From Burkholderiales bacterium (GTDB lineage Bacteria; Pseudomonadota; Gammaproteobacteria; Burkholderiales; Thiobacillaceae): a DNA stretch of 48,022 nucleotides. Shown one piece after another: positions 1-9,623 of the stretch (positions are counted from its first letter, which is position 1; the number at the start of each line of letters is the position of its first letter). Below the pieces are notes generated by a model. It worked only from the letters and a program-made list of their open reading frames with translations. It did no database searches and was not told where the DNA came from. The position numbers were made by a program, and so were the translations under genes. The DNA is taken from positions 1 to 48,022 of the forward strand of contig SXTL01000024.1 of assembly GCA_005790965.1 (NCBI GenBank). The letters are read 5' to 3'.

Positions 1-106
1 CGTGCTGTTTGCCGCACTGCGCACAGAGAACACGCGGGATGTGAACGCGCAGATGATGAATGAGCAGGCCTCGCGCCTCCTCACCAATGTGCGTTTTCTG
101 CTCGAC

Positions 107-1369
107 TCACCAGCCGAGGCGGGACTTGGCCTCACCGGTGGACATGCGCTTACTGATGTCTTTCAGGGCCACGATCGAGAGGCCGGCCTGAGTTTGCAGA
201 TTTTGCAGGCGCGATTGCAGCTCGTTGATGACATGGCGCTGGCGGTCCAGAGCGGTGCAGTAGGCCGCGCCGGATGCGAGTTCTGTCAGCAGCCACTCCG
301 GATTGCCATGATTGCCGGGGAAAGTTTTGATGAAATGGGCGCGGGGCATGCCGCATTTATTGACGGCAATGTCCATGATGGCGCGTTCTTCGACGCGTAC
401 TTGTTCGACCATGCCGCGCACGCTTTCACAGAGCTGGTCGACCTGACGGGCCGCGAAACGGATACTGAGGATGTGCCGAGAGATGTCGTCCTGAAGCTTT
501 GCAGCCTGCTTACTGTCGGCACCGTAACGAGCGCTGGCCTTCACGAGTTTGGCTTGCAAGTCGCGCAGCAGGGTAAAGCGTTCGATGGCTTCGCTTTTGA
601 GCAGGGCGAGGTTGGCGGCGGTGGCGGCGGCACGACGGGATTCGTCGTCTTCGCCATCGTCTTCTGCCCCGGCGTCATCTTCCACCGCATCTGTGGCGAG
701 GGGCATGTCGTCGCCACTGTCAGTGGTAAAGCCGTCGACCAATTCCTCGACGCGCATCTCATCGCGCTCGATGCGGCCCCACAGTTCGAGGATTTGTGCC
801 AAGCTCAGCGGGCAGGCCGAGATGGCTTGCATCATGTGCTTCAGGCCTTCCTCGATGCGTTTGGCGATGGCGATTTCTTTCTCGCGGGTCAGGAGTTCGA
901 CTGAGCCCATCTCGCGCATGTACATACGCACGGGGTCGGTGGTGCGACCGAATTCGGCATCCACCGTTGAGAGGGCGGCCTCGGCCGCCTCAGCCGCGTC
1001 TTCATCGGCCACCACGGCCGGGGTCTCATTCATGAGGAGCGTTTCGGCATCCGGTGCTTCGTCGTAAACCTGGACCGCCATGCCGTTCAGCATGGTGACA
1101 ACCCCTTCCAGCTGATCCGCTGCGAGATCGGGCAGGTGATCGTTGATCTCCGCATAGGTCAGGTAGCCCCGCTCTTTGCCAAGCAGGATCAACGCTTTCA
1201 GGCGTGTACGCGCGATCTCAGTGGTTTCAGCGCTGCCGTTTTCTGCCAGCAGCAGTTCCGGAATGGTCTTTTTGGGCGCCGCCGCCCGTTTGCTCGGGGC
1301 GGATTTGGATGGGGTGACCTTGGAATTCTCGGCCTTGGGATTGGTTTTCGGGGCAGATTGGGTCGGCAT
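107..1369 (-). CDS. rpoD: RNA polymerase sigma-70 factor RpoD, N-terminal 420 aa only (regions 1.1 and 1.2 plus the acidic non-conserved region); the ORF stops at TGA 109..107, before region 2
   Basis: Motifs GYLTYAEINDHLP and DPVRMYMREMGSVELLTREKEIAIAKRIEEG (region 1.2), and MSTGEAK immediately before the expected region 2.1. It lies downstream of dnaG as in the rpsU-dnaG-rpoD operon. No frame of nt 1-106 encodes regions 2-4. Confidence 0.85.
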   Translation of the reverse strand: MPTQSAPKTNPKAENSKVTPSKSAPSKRAAAPKKTIPELLLAENGSAETTEIARTRLKALILLGKERGYLTYAEINDHLPDLAADQLEGVVTMLNGMAVQVYDEAPDAETLLMNETPAVVADEDAAEAAEAALSTVDAEFGRTTDPVRMYMREMGSVELLTREKEIAIAKRIEEGLKHMMQAISACPLSLAQILELWGRIERDEMRVEELVDGFTTDSGDDMPLATDAVEDDAGAEDDGEDDESRRAAATAANLALLKSEAIERFTLLRDLQAKLVKASARYGADSKQAAKLQDDISRHILSIRFAARQVDQLCESVRGMVEQVRVEERAIMDIAVNKCGMPRAHFIKTFPGNHGNPEWLLTELASGAAYCTALDRQRHVINELQSRLQNLQTQAGLSIVALKDISKRMSTGEAKSRLGW

Positions 1370-1516
1370 CGCTGGCTATAGAGAGTAAGGTCGGCTGAAC
1401 CGGGGATTGTACACGATGGACCCTTGGTATTGCGAAAAGCGTGGTTATGTGACGCTTTTGGAAGGAGTTTTATTTTCTCTGGCCGTTCGTGGGCGGGGAG
1501 AACTTTTTTACGGCCC

Positions 1517-3238
1517 CTACCTAGGAGCGATTTTTTTGCTCAGCAGTGCTGCTTGCAGTGCGGCGCGTTCTGCTGCGGAAAGCTCGCTGGGTTTTTTTCC
1601 AGAAAGGCGGCTCACATCCAGACGGCTGGCTTGGGCATCAAGGCTCGCCAAGGCCCCCGCAAACTCGGCTTCGGTATCGTATTGGTCATCCCAGCGCAGG
1701 ATCTCTTCTACAGCGGCGCGGACGATGGCTCCATGATCACCGGCGCGGAACTCTTCAATAAGGTCGCGGCTGTTGGTTGTTTGAGGCTGTAAGTGCAGGT
1801 GGTCGAGTAGGGCCAGTACGGCCTGTCCGGCGGCTTGACGCGCCTGAAAGCCAGCGGGGATACGGCTGGCCCGCTGGGGGTCGTGCAGAAGGCCCTGTAG
1901 CAACACAAATTCAGGGCCGCGGAGCAGGAGTTTTGTCAGTGGGCGCGGGACTGGCTGGGCCCGTTGCGGGGCAGGAGAGCGAAATGGAGGTGGGGCGGCA
2001 ACGCCGGCGAGTTCGGATAGCCGTTGCCGCAAGCTACGGGCCAGCAGGGGAGCACTGCGGATCTGGTCCAGGTAGGGTATGGCCAGAGTGGTGAGGCGGA
2101 CCTGTCCTTCCGGGGTGTTGAGGTCCAGGTCGCGGCTCAAGGAGCCGAACAGAAATTCGGACAAGGCCTGTGGGCGTTTCTGTAGGTCCTTCCAGGCCTC
2201 TAGTCCCTGCGTGCGGACGAAGCTATCGGGATCTTCGCCCTCTGGCAAGAAAACAAAGCCAATCTGCTTGCCATCCTGTAGGGCAGGGAGACAGTTTTCC
2301 AGTGCCCGCCAAGCGGCCTTGCGGCCGGCGTTGTCGCCATCAAAAGCAAACAGGATTTGGTCGACACGGCGGAGCAGGCTGTAGACCTGGTCGGCGGTCA
2401 CGGCTGTGCCGAGCGTGGCCACGGCGTTTTCGGCACCGGCCTGGGTTAGCATGACGACATCCATGTAGCCTTCAACGACCACGACACTGTCGGCTTGTTG
2501 AATGCTGCGCCGGTTTTCGAACAGCCCATAGAGTTCGCGTCCCTTGTGAAATAGGGGTGTCTCGGGCGAGTTGAGATATTTCGGTTTGCCGTCGCCGAGG
2601 AGTCGGCCGCCAAAACCGATCAAGCGGCCGCGGTCATTGCGGATCGGGAACATGATCCGATCGCGAAAACGGTCGTAACGCTTGCCTTGTTCGCCGTTAA
2701 TGACGAGGCCGGCCTGTTCGGCTTCGGTGCTGGCGTAATCGGGTAAGGCTCCAGCCAGGCCCTGCCACTCGGCGTCGCTGTAGCCAAGTTCGAAACGGAG
2801 CGCCGTAGTACCGGTGACACCGCGCTGTTTCAGGTAGTCGATGGCGGGCGGATGGCGCTTGAGCGCATTGCGATAATGCTGGCCGGCCGCCTCCAGTAAG
2901 GCGGTGAGGCGGGTATTAAGATCATTTTCGGGGCGCGTACCGCGTTCGTCTTCGGGGACTTGCAGCCCTACGCGTCCGGCGAGGTCCGTGACGGCATCGA
3001 CAAACCCCATACCGCCGTATTGCATCAGAAAGGTAATGGCGGTGCCGTGCGCTCCGCAGCCAAAGCAATGATAGAACTGCTTGGTCGGACTAACACTGAA
3101 CGAGGGCGACTTTTCGTTGTGGAACGGGCAGCAGGCCTGATAGTTGGCGCCGGCCTTTTTGAGCGGCACTTGCCGGTCAATGACCTCGACGATATCCGTC
3201 CGGTCGAGCAAGGTCTGGATGAAGTCCTGGGGGATCAT
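1517..3238 (-). CDS. dnaG: DNA primase DnaG
   Basis: 573-aa ORF. N-terminal zinc-ribbon [30 protein letters not shown], a TOPRIM region ([21 protein letters not shown]) and operon position between yqeY and rpoD. Confidence 0.96.
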   Translation of the reverse strand: MIPQDFIQTLLDRTDIVEVIDRQVPLKKAGANYQACCPFHNEKSPSFSVSPTKQFYHCFGCGAHGTAITFLMQYGGMGFVDAVTDLAGRVGLQVPEDERGTRPENDLNTRLTALLEAAGQHYRNALKRHPPAIDYLKQRGVTGTTALRFELGYSDAEWQGLAGALPDYASTEAEQAGLVINGEQGKRYDRFRDRIMFPIRNDRGRLIGFGGRLLGDGKPKYLNSPETPLFHKGRELYGLFENRRSIQQADSVVVVEGYMDVVMLTQAGAENAVATLGTAVTADQVYSLLRRVDQILFAFDGDNAGRKAAWRALENCLPALQDGKQIGFVFLPEGEDPDSFVRTQGLEAWKDLQKRPQALSEFLFGSLSRDLDLNTPEGQVRLTTLAIPYLDQIRSAPLLARSLRQRLSELAGVAAPPPFRSPAPQRAQPVPRPLTKLLLRGPEFVLLQGLLHDPQRASRIPAGFQARQAAGQAVLALLDHLHLQPQTTNSRDLIEEFRAGDHGAIVRAAVEEILRWDDQYDTEAEFAGALASLDAQASRLDVSRLSGKKPSELSAAERAALQAALLSKKIAPR

Positions 3239-3253
3239 GGCCCAGGAGGGGTA

Positions 3254-3697
3254 TCAGACGAGGGCGGCCTTGACGGCGCCCGAGACGGCAGTCACATCGG
3301 CACGACCAGCCAAGCGGGGTTTGAGCAGGGCCATGACTTTTCCCATGTCGCGCGCCGAGGCCGCACCGGATTCGGCAATTGCGGCCTGGATGGCGGCATT
3401 GATTTCTTCGGCGGAGAGGGGGCGCGGCAGATAGTCGGCCAAGACCGTGAGTTCGAAGGCCTCGCGCTCGGCCAAGTCTTGACGCCCGGCAGCCGCGTAC
3501 TGGGTCAGCGAGTCCTTGCGTTGTTTGCCGAGTTTTTCGAGGATAGTGATAACCCCGCTGTCGTCGAGTTCGATGCGTTCATCAATCTCGCGTTGCCGAA
3601 TGGCGGCAACGAGCAGGCGGAGAGCCGACAGACGATCGGCTTCACGGGCACGCATGGCCGACTTCATGTCATCCTGAATGCGGATTTTGAGCGACAT
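3254..3697 (-). CDS. yqeY: GatB/YqeY domain-containing protein
   Basis: 147-aa ORF with the typical YqeY sequence (MKSAMRAR...LSALRLL, EIDERIELDD, LLKPRLAGRADV). It sits between rpsU and dnaG, as is common in beta/gammaproteobacteria. Confidence 0.88.
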   Translation of the reverse strand: MSLKIRIQDDMKSAMRAREADRLSALRLLVAAIRQREIDERIELDDSGVITILEKLGKQRKDSLTQYAAAGRQDLAEREAFELTVLADYLPRPLSAEEINAAIQAAIAESGAASARDMGKVMALLKPRLAGRADVTAVSGAVKAALV

Positions 3698-3759
3698 CGT
3701 GCGATTGGCCCGGAGAGTTCAGTCGGATCCGGGCGTTGCCACCCGTGTCCGGAACTGGA

Positions 3760-3972
3760 TCAGTACAGCTTCGGGGGCAGAGTCTGGCTGCGCGTGCGCT
3801 TGTATTGGCGCTTCACGGCGGCGGCCAGCTTGCGCTTGCGCTCGTTGGTGGGCTTTTCGTAAAACTCACGGGCACGCAGCTCGGTCAGCAGACCGGTCTT
3901 TTCGATGGCGCGCTTGAAGCGACGCATCGCGACTTCAAACGGCTCGTTTTCTTTGAGGCGAACATTCGGCAT
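3760..3972 (-). CDS. rpsU: 30S ribosomal protein S21
   Basis: 70-aa [45 protein letters not shown]..., close to canonical S21. Confidence 0.97.
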   Translation of the reverse strand: MPNVRLKENEPFEVAMRRFKRAIEKTGLLTELRAREFYEKPTNERKRKLAAAVKRQYKRTRSQTLPPKLY

Positions 3973-3999
3973 GGCAAAATCCGATAAAAAAGAGCGGTG

Positions 4000-4028
4000 A
4001 TTATAGGCACGGTAGCCAGTAATTACAA
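4000..4028 (-). promoter_or_regulatory. Putative sigma-70 promoter of the rpsU-yqeY-dnaG-rpoD operon
   Basis: Read on the minus strand: TTGTAA (4028..4023), a 17-nt spacer, then TATAAT (4005..4000), about 28 nt upstream of the rpsU ATG. It lies in the 71-nt divergent region shared with tsaD. Confidence 0.6.
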
Positions 4029-4043
4029 GTTATCCTATGCGTT

Positions 4044-5054
4044 ATGTTGGTCTTGGGTATCGAATCTTCTTGTGATGAGACGGGCGTGGCGCTGTATGAC
4101 ACGGTCGCCGGGCTGCGTTCGCACGCCTTGCATACTCAGGTGGAGATGCACGCCGAATACGGTGGGGTCGTGCCGGAGCTGGCCTCGCGTGACCACATTC
4201 GGCGGATTGTGCCCTTGACGCGGCGCGTTTTAGAGGCGGCGGGCGCGGCCCTCGATACGATTGATGCCATCGCTTATACCCAAGGGCCGGGTCTGGCAGG
4301 GGCCTTGCTGGTGGGGGCGAGTTTTGCGCAAGGGCTTGCGGTTGGCTTGGCTATTCCTGCCATTGGGGTGCATCACCTTGAAGGCCATTTACTCTCGCCC
4401 CTCTTGGCTGAGCCGCGTCCCGAGTTCCCCTTTGTGGCCTTGTTGGTGTCCGGTGGGCATACGCAGTTGATGCAGGTCGATGGGGTTGGGCGTTACACCT
4501 TGTTGGGCGAAACGCTGGATGATGCGGCGGGCGAGGCCTTTGACAAGACTGGGCAACTGCTGGGTCTGCCCTATCCTGGGGGACCAGAGATTGCGCGCTT
4601 GGCAGAGCAAGGCGATGCCTTTCGCTATCCCTTGCCACGGCCGATGTTGACCAGTGGGGACCTTGATTTCAGTTTTAGTGGCTTGAAGACGGCGGTGCTT
4701 AATCTGGTGCATAAGCACCCCGAGGCCCGGCGCGAGGATGTGGCCGCTGCCTTCCAGGCCGCTGCGGTGGATGTTCTGGCCGGCAAGGCCTTGAAGGCGC
4801 TCAAGCAGACGGGATTTAACCGTTTGGTGATTGCTGGCGGAGTCAGTGCCAATACCTTGTTGCGCTCGCGTTTAAATGCCGAGGCGGCGCGGGTGGGGGC
4901 AACGGTCTATTACCCACCGCTGGCCTTATGTACCGATAACGGGGCCATGATCGCTTATGCCGGGGCGCAACGGTTGATTGCGGGTGCGCCGGCCTCGGAC
5001 GGCGTTTTTACGGTTCGGCCGCGTTGGGATTTAAGTGAGTTGCTGGCTGCTTGA
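4044..5054 (+). CDS. tsaD: tRNA N6-adenosine threonylcarbamoyltransferase TsaD
   Basis: 336-aa [22 protein letters not shown]..., with [10 protein letters not shown] and VSGGHTQL motifs. It is divergent from rpsU as in many proteobacteria. Confidence 0.96.
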   Translation: MLVLGIESSCDETGVALYDTVAGLRSHALHTQVEMHAEYGGVVPELASRDHIRRIVPLTRRVLEAAGAALDTIDAIAYTQGPGLAGALLVGASFAQGLAVGLAIPAIGVHHLEGHLLSPLLAEPRPEFPFVALLVSGGHTQLMQVDGVGRYTLLGETLDDAAGEAFDKTGQLLGLPYPGGPEIARLAEQGDAFRYPLPRPMLTSGDLDFSFSGLKTAVLNLVHKHPEARREDVAAAFQAAAVDVLAGKALKALKQTGFNRLVIAGGVSANTLLRSRLNAEAARVGATVYYPPLALCTDNGAMIAYAGAQRLIAGAPASDGVFTVRPRWDLSELLAA

Positions 5055-5075
5055 TGGAAACCGCAGCGGGTAGCG

Positions 5076-5864
5076 TCAAGGCCGCGGTGCGAAACTAAAG
5101 TGGTTGTCCACCCATTGTTGCAGGTGCAGGAGGCGCAAGGCCTCATCTGGGAAGATCAGGGCTAGCGAGGCGCTGCCGAGGAGCAACACGAGGGTAAAGG
5201 AGCCGAGCACGCTGGCGGGCCGCAGCCAACCCCAATAGCGAGCCGCGACATAGACCATATCTTTCTCGTGTTCGGCGAGGCTTAGCCAGTAGCGCAACAT
5301 ACCGATCACCAGATAGACGCTGTAACCACCAGCCAGCGAGGCGAGCACAATGCGGAATACCGACAGCATGTCGATCTGGTCGATTCCTTTGTAGAACAGG
5401 GAGACGGCCCCCACGGCAATGGAGGCAAGAAAGGCGAGGGCGATGTTGATAACGAGTCGCTGCCGTTCGCGGGCCAGGTCGCGCTGGCGACGGATGAAGA
5501 AGTCGTCAATCTCGGCCTTGAAGTACTCGGTTTTTTCCTGCACCAAGGCTGAAATCTCGGCCTTCATGACCGCTATGCGCTGGTCCAACACGCCCGACAT
5601 ACGCTCGGCGGCATAGTCCACGAGTTCGCGCACATCGTCCTTGGTTAGGCTGCGCTGGTCGTGCAGTTCCTGGGAGATTTTGTCCAGCTTGGCGTCGATT
5701 TCCTGGCTGGCGGTCCCAACCACGGCCTGTAACTCGCTCCCGGCCTGACGCACGGCGGATTGCATGACGGCGTCTAAACGGTCACCGGCGCGATGGATAA
5801 CCTCGCTCGAGGCGGCGCTCAGGTTATCGCGCGCATAGTCCATTTCCTTTTCGAACCAGGCCAT
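5076..5864 (-). CDS. Hypothetical membrane protein: ~135-aa amphipathic, coiled-coil-like N-terminal region followed by 3-4 predicted TM helices
   Basis: 262-aa ORF, 10 nt downstream of plsY on the same strand. The N-terminus is rich in A/E/Q/D/K helical repeats, and the C-terminal half has hydrophobic segments (LVINIALAFLASIAVGAVSLF, IVLASLAGGYSVYLVIGML, LGSFTLVLLLGSASLALIF). I recognise no family. Confidence 0.6.
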   Translation of the reverse strand: MAWFEKEMDYARDNLSAASSEVIHRAGDRLDAVMQSAVRQAGSELQAVVGTASQEIDAKLDKISQELHDQRSLTKDDVRELVDYAAERMSGVLDQRIAVMKAEISALVQEKTEYFKAEIDDFFIRRQRDLARERQRLVINIALAFLASIAVGAVSLFYKGIDQIDMLSVFRIVLASLAGGYSVYLVIGMLRYWLSLAEHEKDMVYVAARYWGWLRPASVLGSFTLVLLLGSASLALIFPDEALRLLHLQQWVDNHFSFAPRP

Positions 5865-5874
5865 GACTCATCCC

Positions 5875-6471
5875 TCACGATTTGCGAAAACCGCTTTCCT
5901 CGCCTCGGATGAGGCGCTGGATGTTGCTGCGGTGCCGCCAGAAGATTAGGGTGACCAAGATAATGAGCGCGCCTAGGCCGGGTTCGTCCAGCCAGGCGGC
6001 AAAGAAAGGCGCCGCAGCGGAGGCCGCAAGGGCTGAAAGCGAGGAGACCCGGGTCAGGGCGAAGACAACCAGCCAGGTTAGCAGGGTGGCAAGGCCGAGT
6101 AAGGGATTGAGGGCGAGGAGAACGCCGAGAGCGGTCGCGACGCCTTTGCCGCCCTTGAAACGGAAGAAAACAGGCCAGAGGTGGCCGATGAAGGCGGCCA
6201 GTCCGGCGAGTGCGGGGAGCCAGCTATGGGTCGAAAATTGTGTGCCCACGAGCATGGCGAGCCACACCGCCAAGGCGCCCTTGAGGCCGTCACCGAACAG
6301 CGTTAAGGCGGCAATCTTCTTGTTGCCGGTGCGTAGCACATTGGTGGCGCCGGGATTGCCAGAACCGTAGCTGCGCGGATCAGGCAGACCGAAGGCACGC
6401 GAAAGCAGCACGGCGGCAGACAGGGAGCCGAGTAGATAGGCCACAAGGAGAGTCAGCAGGAGGGGCATCAT
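5875..6471 (-). CDS. plsY: Glycerol-3-phosphate acyltransferase PlsY
   Basis: Motif GSGNPGATNVLRTGNK and FKGGKGVAT. Start taken at the MMPLLLTLL methionine (ATG 6471..6469). The longer ORF to 6648 would run over the folB start and has no homology. Confidence 0.9.
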   Translation of the reverse strand: MMPLLLTLLVAYLLGSLSAAVLLSRAFGLPDPRSYGSGNPGATNVLRTGNKKIAALTLFGDGLKGALAVWLAMLVGTQFSTHSWLPALAGLAAFIGHLWPVFFRFKGGKGVATALGVLLALNPLLGLATLLTWLVVFALTRVSSLSALAASAAAPFFAAWLDEPGLGALIILVTLIFWRHRSNIQRLIRGEESGFRKS

Positions 6472-6519
6472 GGCCTGTAGAATAGCAGACCTTGATTGCA
6501 TCGCTGATGTGTTGATTCC

Positions 6520-6876
6520 ATGGACATCCTTTTCCTGCACGATTTTCGTCTTGATCTCACCATTGGCCTTTACGAATGGGAGCGCCAAGCCCCACAACCG
6601 GTCATTATTGATTTGGAGATCGGCCTGTACGACCACAAGGCGGGCCATAGTGATGCCATTGCTGACACCATCGACTACGGTCGGGTGGCACAGCGTATTC
6701 AGGAAAGCCTAGTGGGCAAGAACCTGCGTCTGGTTGAGACCTTAGGTGAACATATTGCCGAGATTGTCCGCGGAGAATTTGGTGCGCCCTGGGTGCGGAT
6801 TACGGTGCGCAAGCTGGCTATTCTTAGCAATGTCAAAGAGTTAGGGATCATTATCGAGCGCGGCAGTCGGCTCTGA
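6520..6876 (+). CDS. folB: Dihydroneopterin aldolase FolB
   Basis: 118-aa ORF MDILFLHDFRLDLTIGLYEWERQAPQPVIIDLEI..., with a DYGRV-type motif. It is divergent from plsY, a conserved arrangement. Confidence 0.9.
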   Translation: MDILFLHDFRLDLTIGLYEWERQAPQPVIIDLEIGLYDHKAGHSDAIADTIDYGRVAQRIQESLVGKNLRLVETLGEHIAEIVRGEFGAPWVRITVRKLAILSNVKELGIIIERGSRL

Positions 6877-6972
6877 TGAGTGGGATAGATGGGATCGGGA
6901 TAAGAACGGGATAAGTCGGCCTCGTGTAGAATTGCGCGGTTTTTAAGCACGCCATCTGGTCCGCGCCCAAAT

Positions 6973-8769
6973 ATGAATCGCATCCGCAACTTTTCCATCA
7001 TTGCCCACATTGACCATGGCAAGTCGACGCTCGCCGATCGCTTGATTGAATATTGTGGGGGTCTGGAGCGGCGCGAGATGGATGCCCAAGTCCTCGATTC
7101 CATGGACCTGGAAAAAGAGCGCGGCATCACCATCAAGGCACAGACGGCGGCACTCGCCTACAAGGCGCGGGATGGAAAAACCTATGACTTGCACCTGATT
7201 GATACCCCGGGTCATGTCGATTTTTCCTATGAAGTGTCCCGTTCCTTGTCCGCCTGCGAAGGGGCTCTGCTGGTCGTGGATGCCTCGCAGGGCGTCGAGG
7301 CTCAGACGGTGGCGAACTGCTATACCGCCACGGAGTTAGGCGTTGAGGTTTTTCCGGTGCTGAACAAGATCGATTTGCCGGCGGCCGACCCGGATCGGGT
7401 CGCGGCAGAGATCGAGGACATTGTCGGTATTGATGCCAGCGATGCGGTGCGTTGCTCGGCCAAGACGGGTCTCGGGATCGAGGAGGTGCTTGAACTGGTC
7501 GTGGCGCGGGTGCCGTCGCCCAAGGGTAATCCGGATGCGCCCCTCAAGGCCCTGATTATTGATTCCTGGTTCGACAATTATGTCGGCGTCGTCATGCTGG
7601 TGCGTGTAGTGGATGGCGTGCTGAAACCGAAGCAAAAGATTCGCTTGATGGCCTCCTCCGCCGAGTTTCTGTGCGAACAGGTGGGTGTGTTCACGCCCAA
7701 GTCGGTGCAGCGCGAGCAACTGTCTGCGGGCGAGGTGGGTTTTATCATCGCCGGTATCAAGGAGTTGCGCGCCGCCAAGGTGGGAGATACCGTCACCTTG
7801 GTGAGTGAGCCGGCCGCCGAGCCCCTGCCTGGCTTCAAGGAGGCCCAGCCGCAGGTTTTTGCGGGGCTTTATCCGGTTGATTCGCACGAATATGACAGCT
7901 TGCGCGATGCCCTGACCAAGTTGCAGCTCAACGATGCGGCCCTGCATTTTGAGCCGGAGACCTCGCAGGCGCTGGGCTTTGGCTTTCGCTGCGGTTTTCT
8001 CGGGCTGCTGCACATGGATCTCGTGCAGGAGCGTCTGGAACGGGAGTACAACCAGAACCTGATCACAACGGCTCCATCGGTCGAGTACGAGGTGGTGATG
8101 AAGGATGGCACCTTGGTTGAGGTGGAAAACCCTGCCCGTCTGCCAGACCCGTCCAAGATCGAGGCAGTGCGGGAACCAATCATTACCGCGACTATCCTGG
8201 TCCCGGAGGAATATCTGGGCAATGTGATGACCTTGTGCAACCAGAAACGCGGTAGCCAGGTGGACATGCGCTACATGGGCCGTCAGGTGATGCTGAAATA
8301 TGACCTCCCGCTCAACGAGGTGGTCATGGATTTTTTTGATCGGCTCAAGTCAACCTCGCGCGGTTACGCCTCGCTGGACTACGAATTCAAGGAATTCCGG
8401 GCCGACGATTTGGTCAAGCTGGATGTCCTCGTCAACAGCGAAAAGGTAGATGCCCTGTCGCTGATCGTGCATCGCTCGACCGCGCAATACCGGGGCCGCG
8501 AACTGGTCGCCAAGATGCGTCAGTTGATTCCGCGCCAGATGTTTGACATCGCTGTGCAGGCGGCCATCGGCGCACACATTATCGCCCGCGAGACCGTCAA
8601 GGCGTTGCGCAAGAATGTGCTGGCCAAGTGTTACGGTGGCGATATTACCCGCAAGAAAAAGCTACTTGAGAAGCAGAAGGAAGGTAAAAAACGCATGAAA
8701 CAGGTCGGTAATGTCGAGATCCCGCAGGAGGCCTTCCTGGCCATCTTGCAGATCGGAGACGGGAAATGA
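6973..8769 (+). CDS. lepA: Translation elongation factor 4 (LepA)
   Basis: 598-aa ORF with [29 protein letters not shown] and NKIDL GTPase motifs and the LepA C-terminal domain. Confidence 0.98.
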   Translation: MNRIRNFSIIAHIDHGKSTLADRLIEYCGGLERREMDAQVLDSMDLEKERGITIKAQTAALAYKARDGKTYDLHLIDTPGHVDFSYEVSRSLSACEGALLVVDASQGVEAQTVANCYTATELGVEVFPVLNKIDLPAADPDRVAAEIEDIVGIDASDAVRCSAKTGLGIEEVLELVVARVPSPKGNPDAPLKALIIDSWFDNYVGVVMLVRVVDGVLKPKQKIRLMASSAEFLCEQVGVFTPKSVQREQLSAGEVGFIIAGIKELRAAKVGDTVTLVSEPAAEPLPGFKEAQPQVFAGLYPVDSHEYDSLRDALTKLQLNDAALHFEPETSQALGFGFRCGFLGLLHMDLVQERLEREYNQNLITTAPSVEYEVVMKDGTLVEVENPARLPDPSKIEAVREPIITATILVPEEYLGNVMTLCNQKRGSQVDMRYMGRQVMLKYDLPLNEVVMDFFDRLKSTSRGYASLDYEFKEFRADDLVKLDVLVNSEKVDALSLIVHRSTAQYRGRELVAKMRQLIPRQMFDIAVQAAIGAHIIARETVKALRKNVLAKCYGGDITRKKKLLEKQKEGKKRMKQVGNVEIPQEAFLAILQIGDGK

Positions 8770-9623
8770 ATTTCGCCCTCATCCTGTTTACGGCGACGCT
8801 GGTGACGGGTGGAGTCTGGTTGGTCGATCACCTGCTTCAGCGTTACCGTCCGGCTGCGCGGCGGGCCGAGGGCGCCAAGCTGCCCCTGTTGGTCGAATAT
8901 GCGCGCAGTTTCTTCCCGGTCATTCTGGCGGTCTTCTTGCTGCGATCTTTCTTGGTCGAGCCGTTCAAGATCCCGTCCGGCTCGATGATCCCGACCCTGC
9001 AGATCGGGGACTTTATCCTGGTCAACAAGTATGAGTATGGCATTCGCCTGCCGGTGATTAACCAGAAGGTCCTTTCGCTGGGCGAACCGCAGCGGGGCGA
9101 TGTCATGGTCTTCCGCTTTCCGCAGGATGAGCGGCTCGACTACATCAAGCGGGTGGTCGGCGTGCCGGGCGATACGATCGAGTATCGCGCCGACAAGCGC
9201 CTGATCATCAATGGCCGCCCCGTCGCCTGGACGCCGACAAGTGAATATGCCTATGAGGCGGGCGGGTTAAACTGGGTGCGTGGCCAGCAGTATCGTGAGG
9301 CCCTTGATGCCGGGACGCATACCAGTCTGGTCGTGCCGAGCATGCCGCCGGTGATCGAACATCAGGTCCAGGGTGATTTTGCTTTCCGCGACAATTGCCG
9401 TTATGAAAATGCTGGTTTTCGTTGCACCGTACCGGTGGGGCACTATTTCATGATGGGTGATAACCGTGATGCCAGCAACGATTCGCGTTATTGGGGTTTT
9501 GTCCCCGACCGGAATATCGTGGGGCGGGCTTTCTTTATCTGGTGGAACTTTGACGATTTCGCTACGGCCCTTAAAAATCTTGGGGCCCCCAAGCGGATTG
9601 GCCGGTTGATTGCGGATGTCTGA
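8766..9623 (+). CDS. lepB: Signal peptidase I (LepB)
   Basis: 285-aa ORF with [18 protein letters not shown] (catalytic Ser box), [16 protein letters not shown] and an ATGA overlap with lepA. Confidence 0.96.
   Translation: MNFALILFTATLVTGGVWLVDHLLQRYRPAARRAEGAKLPLLVEYARSFFPVILAVFLLRSFLVEPFKIPSGSMIPTLQIGDFILVNKYEYGIRLPVINQKVLSLGEPQRGDVMVFRFPQDERLDYIKRVVGVPGDTIEYRADKRLIINGRPVAWTPTSEYAYEAGGLNWVRGQQYREALDAGTHTSLVVPSMPPVIEHQVQGDFAFRDNCRYENAGFRCTVPVGHYFMMGDNRDASNDSRYWGFVPDRNIVGRAFFIWWNFDDFATALKNLGAPKRIGRLIADV

Noticed and set aside
104-112. GGTGAGT at the rpoD breakpoint on the minus strand, resembling a 5' splice site or group II intron 5' end
   Set aside because: The group II intron consensus is GUGYG, and GUGAG does not fit it well. 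Only ~100 nt of the putative element is visible, with no domain V/VI-like structure. The resemblance to a spliceosomal donor site is irrelevant in bacteria.
601-640. GGC/GGT-rich simple-sequence tract (gttggcggcggtggcggcggc)
   Set aside because: It is the antisense of codons for the Ala/Asp/Glu-rich acidic linker of RpoD. This is coding low-complexity sequence and does not constitute an independent repeat element.
2-904. 300-aa ORF on the + strand
   Set aside because: It is entirely antisense to the well-supported rpoD coding region. Long stop-free antisense frames are expected at this GC content, and its translation is low-complexity with no recognisable motifs.
1435-1459. 8-bp inverted repeat AAAAGCGT-N9-ACGCTTTT in the dnaG-rpoD spacer
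   Set aside because: It could be an attenuator or processing hairpin like those in the E. coli macromolecular-synthesis operon. However, the stem is AU-rich with only a 4-bp GC core and no separate U-tract, which is not enough to call a terminator.
6472-6648. 59-codon N-terminal extension of the plsY ORF
   Set aside because: PlsY homology begins at MMPLLL (ATG 6471). The extension would overlap the divergent folB start and has no homology.
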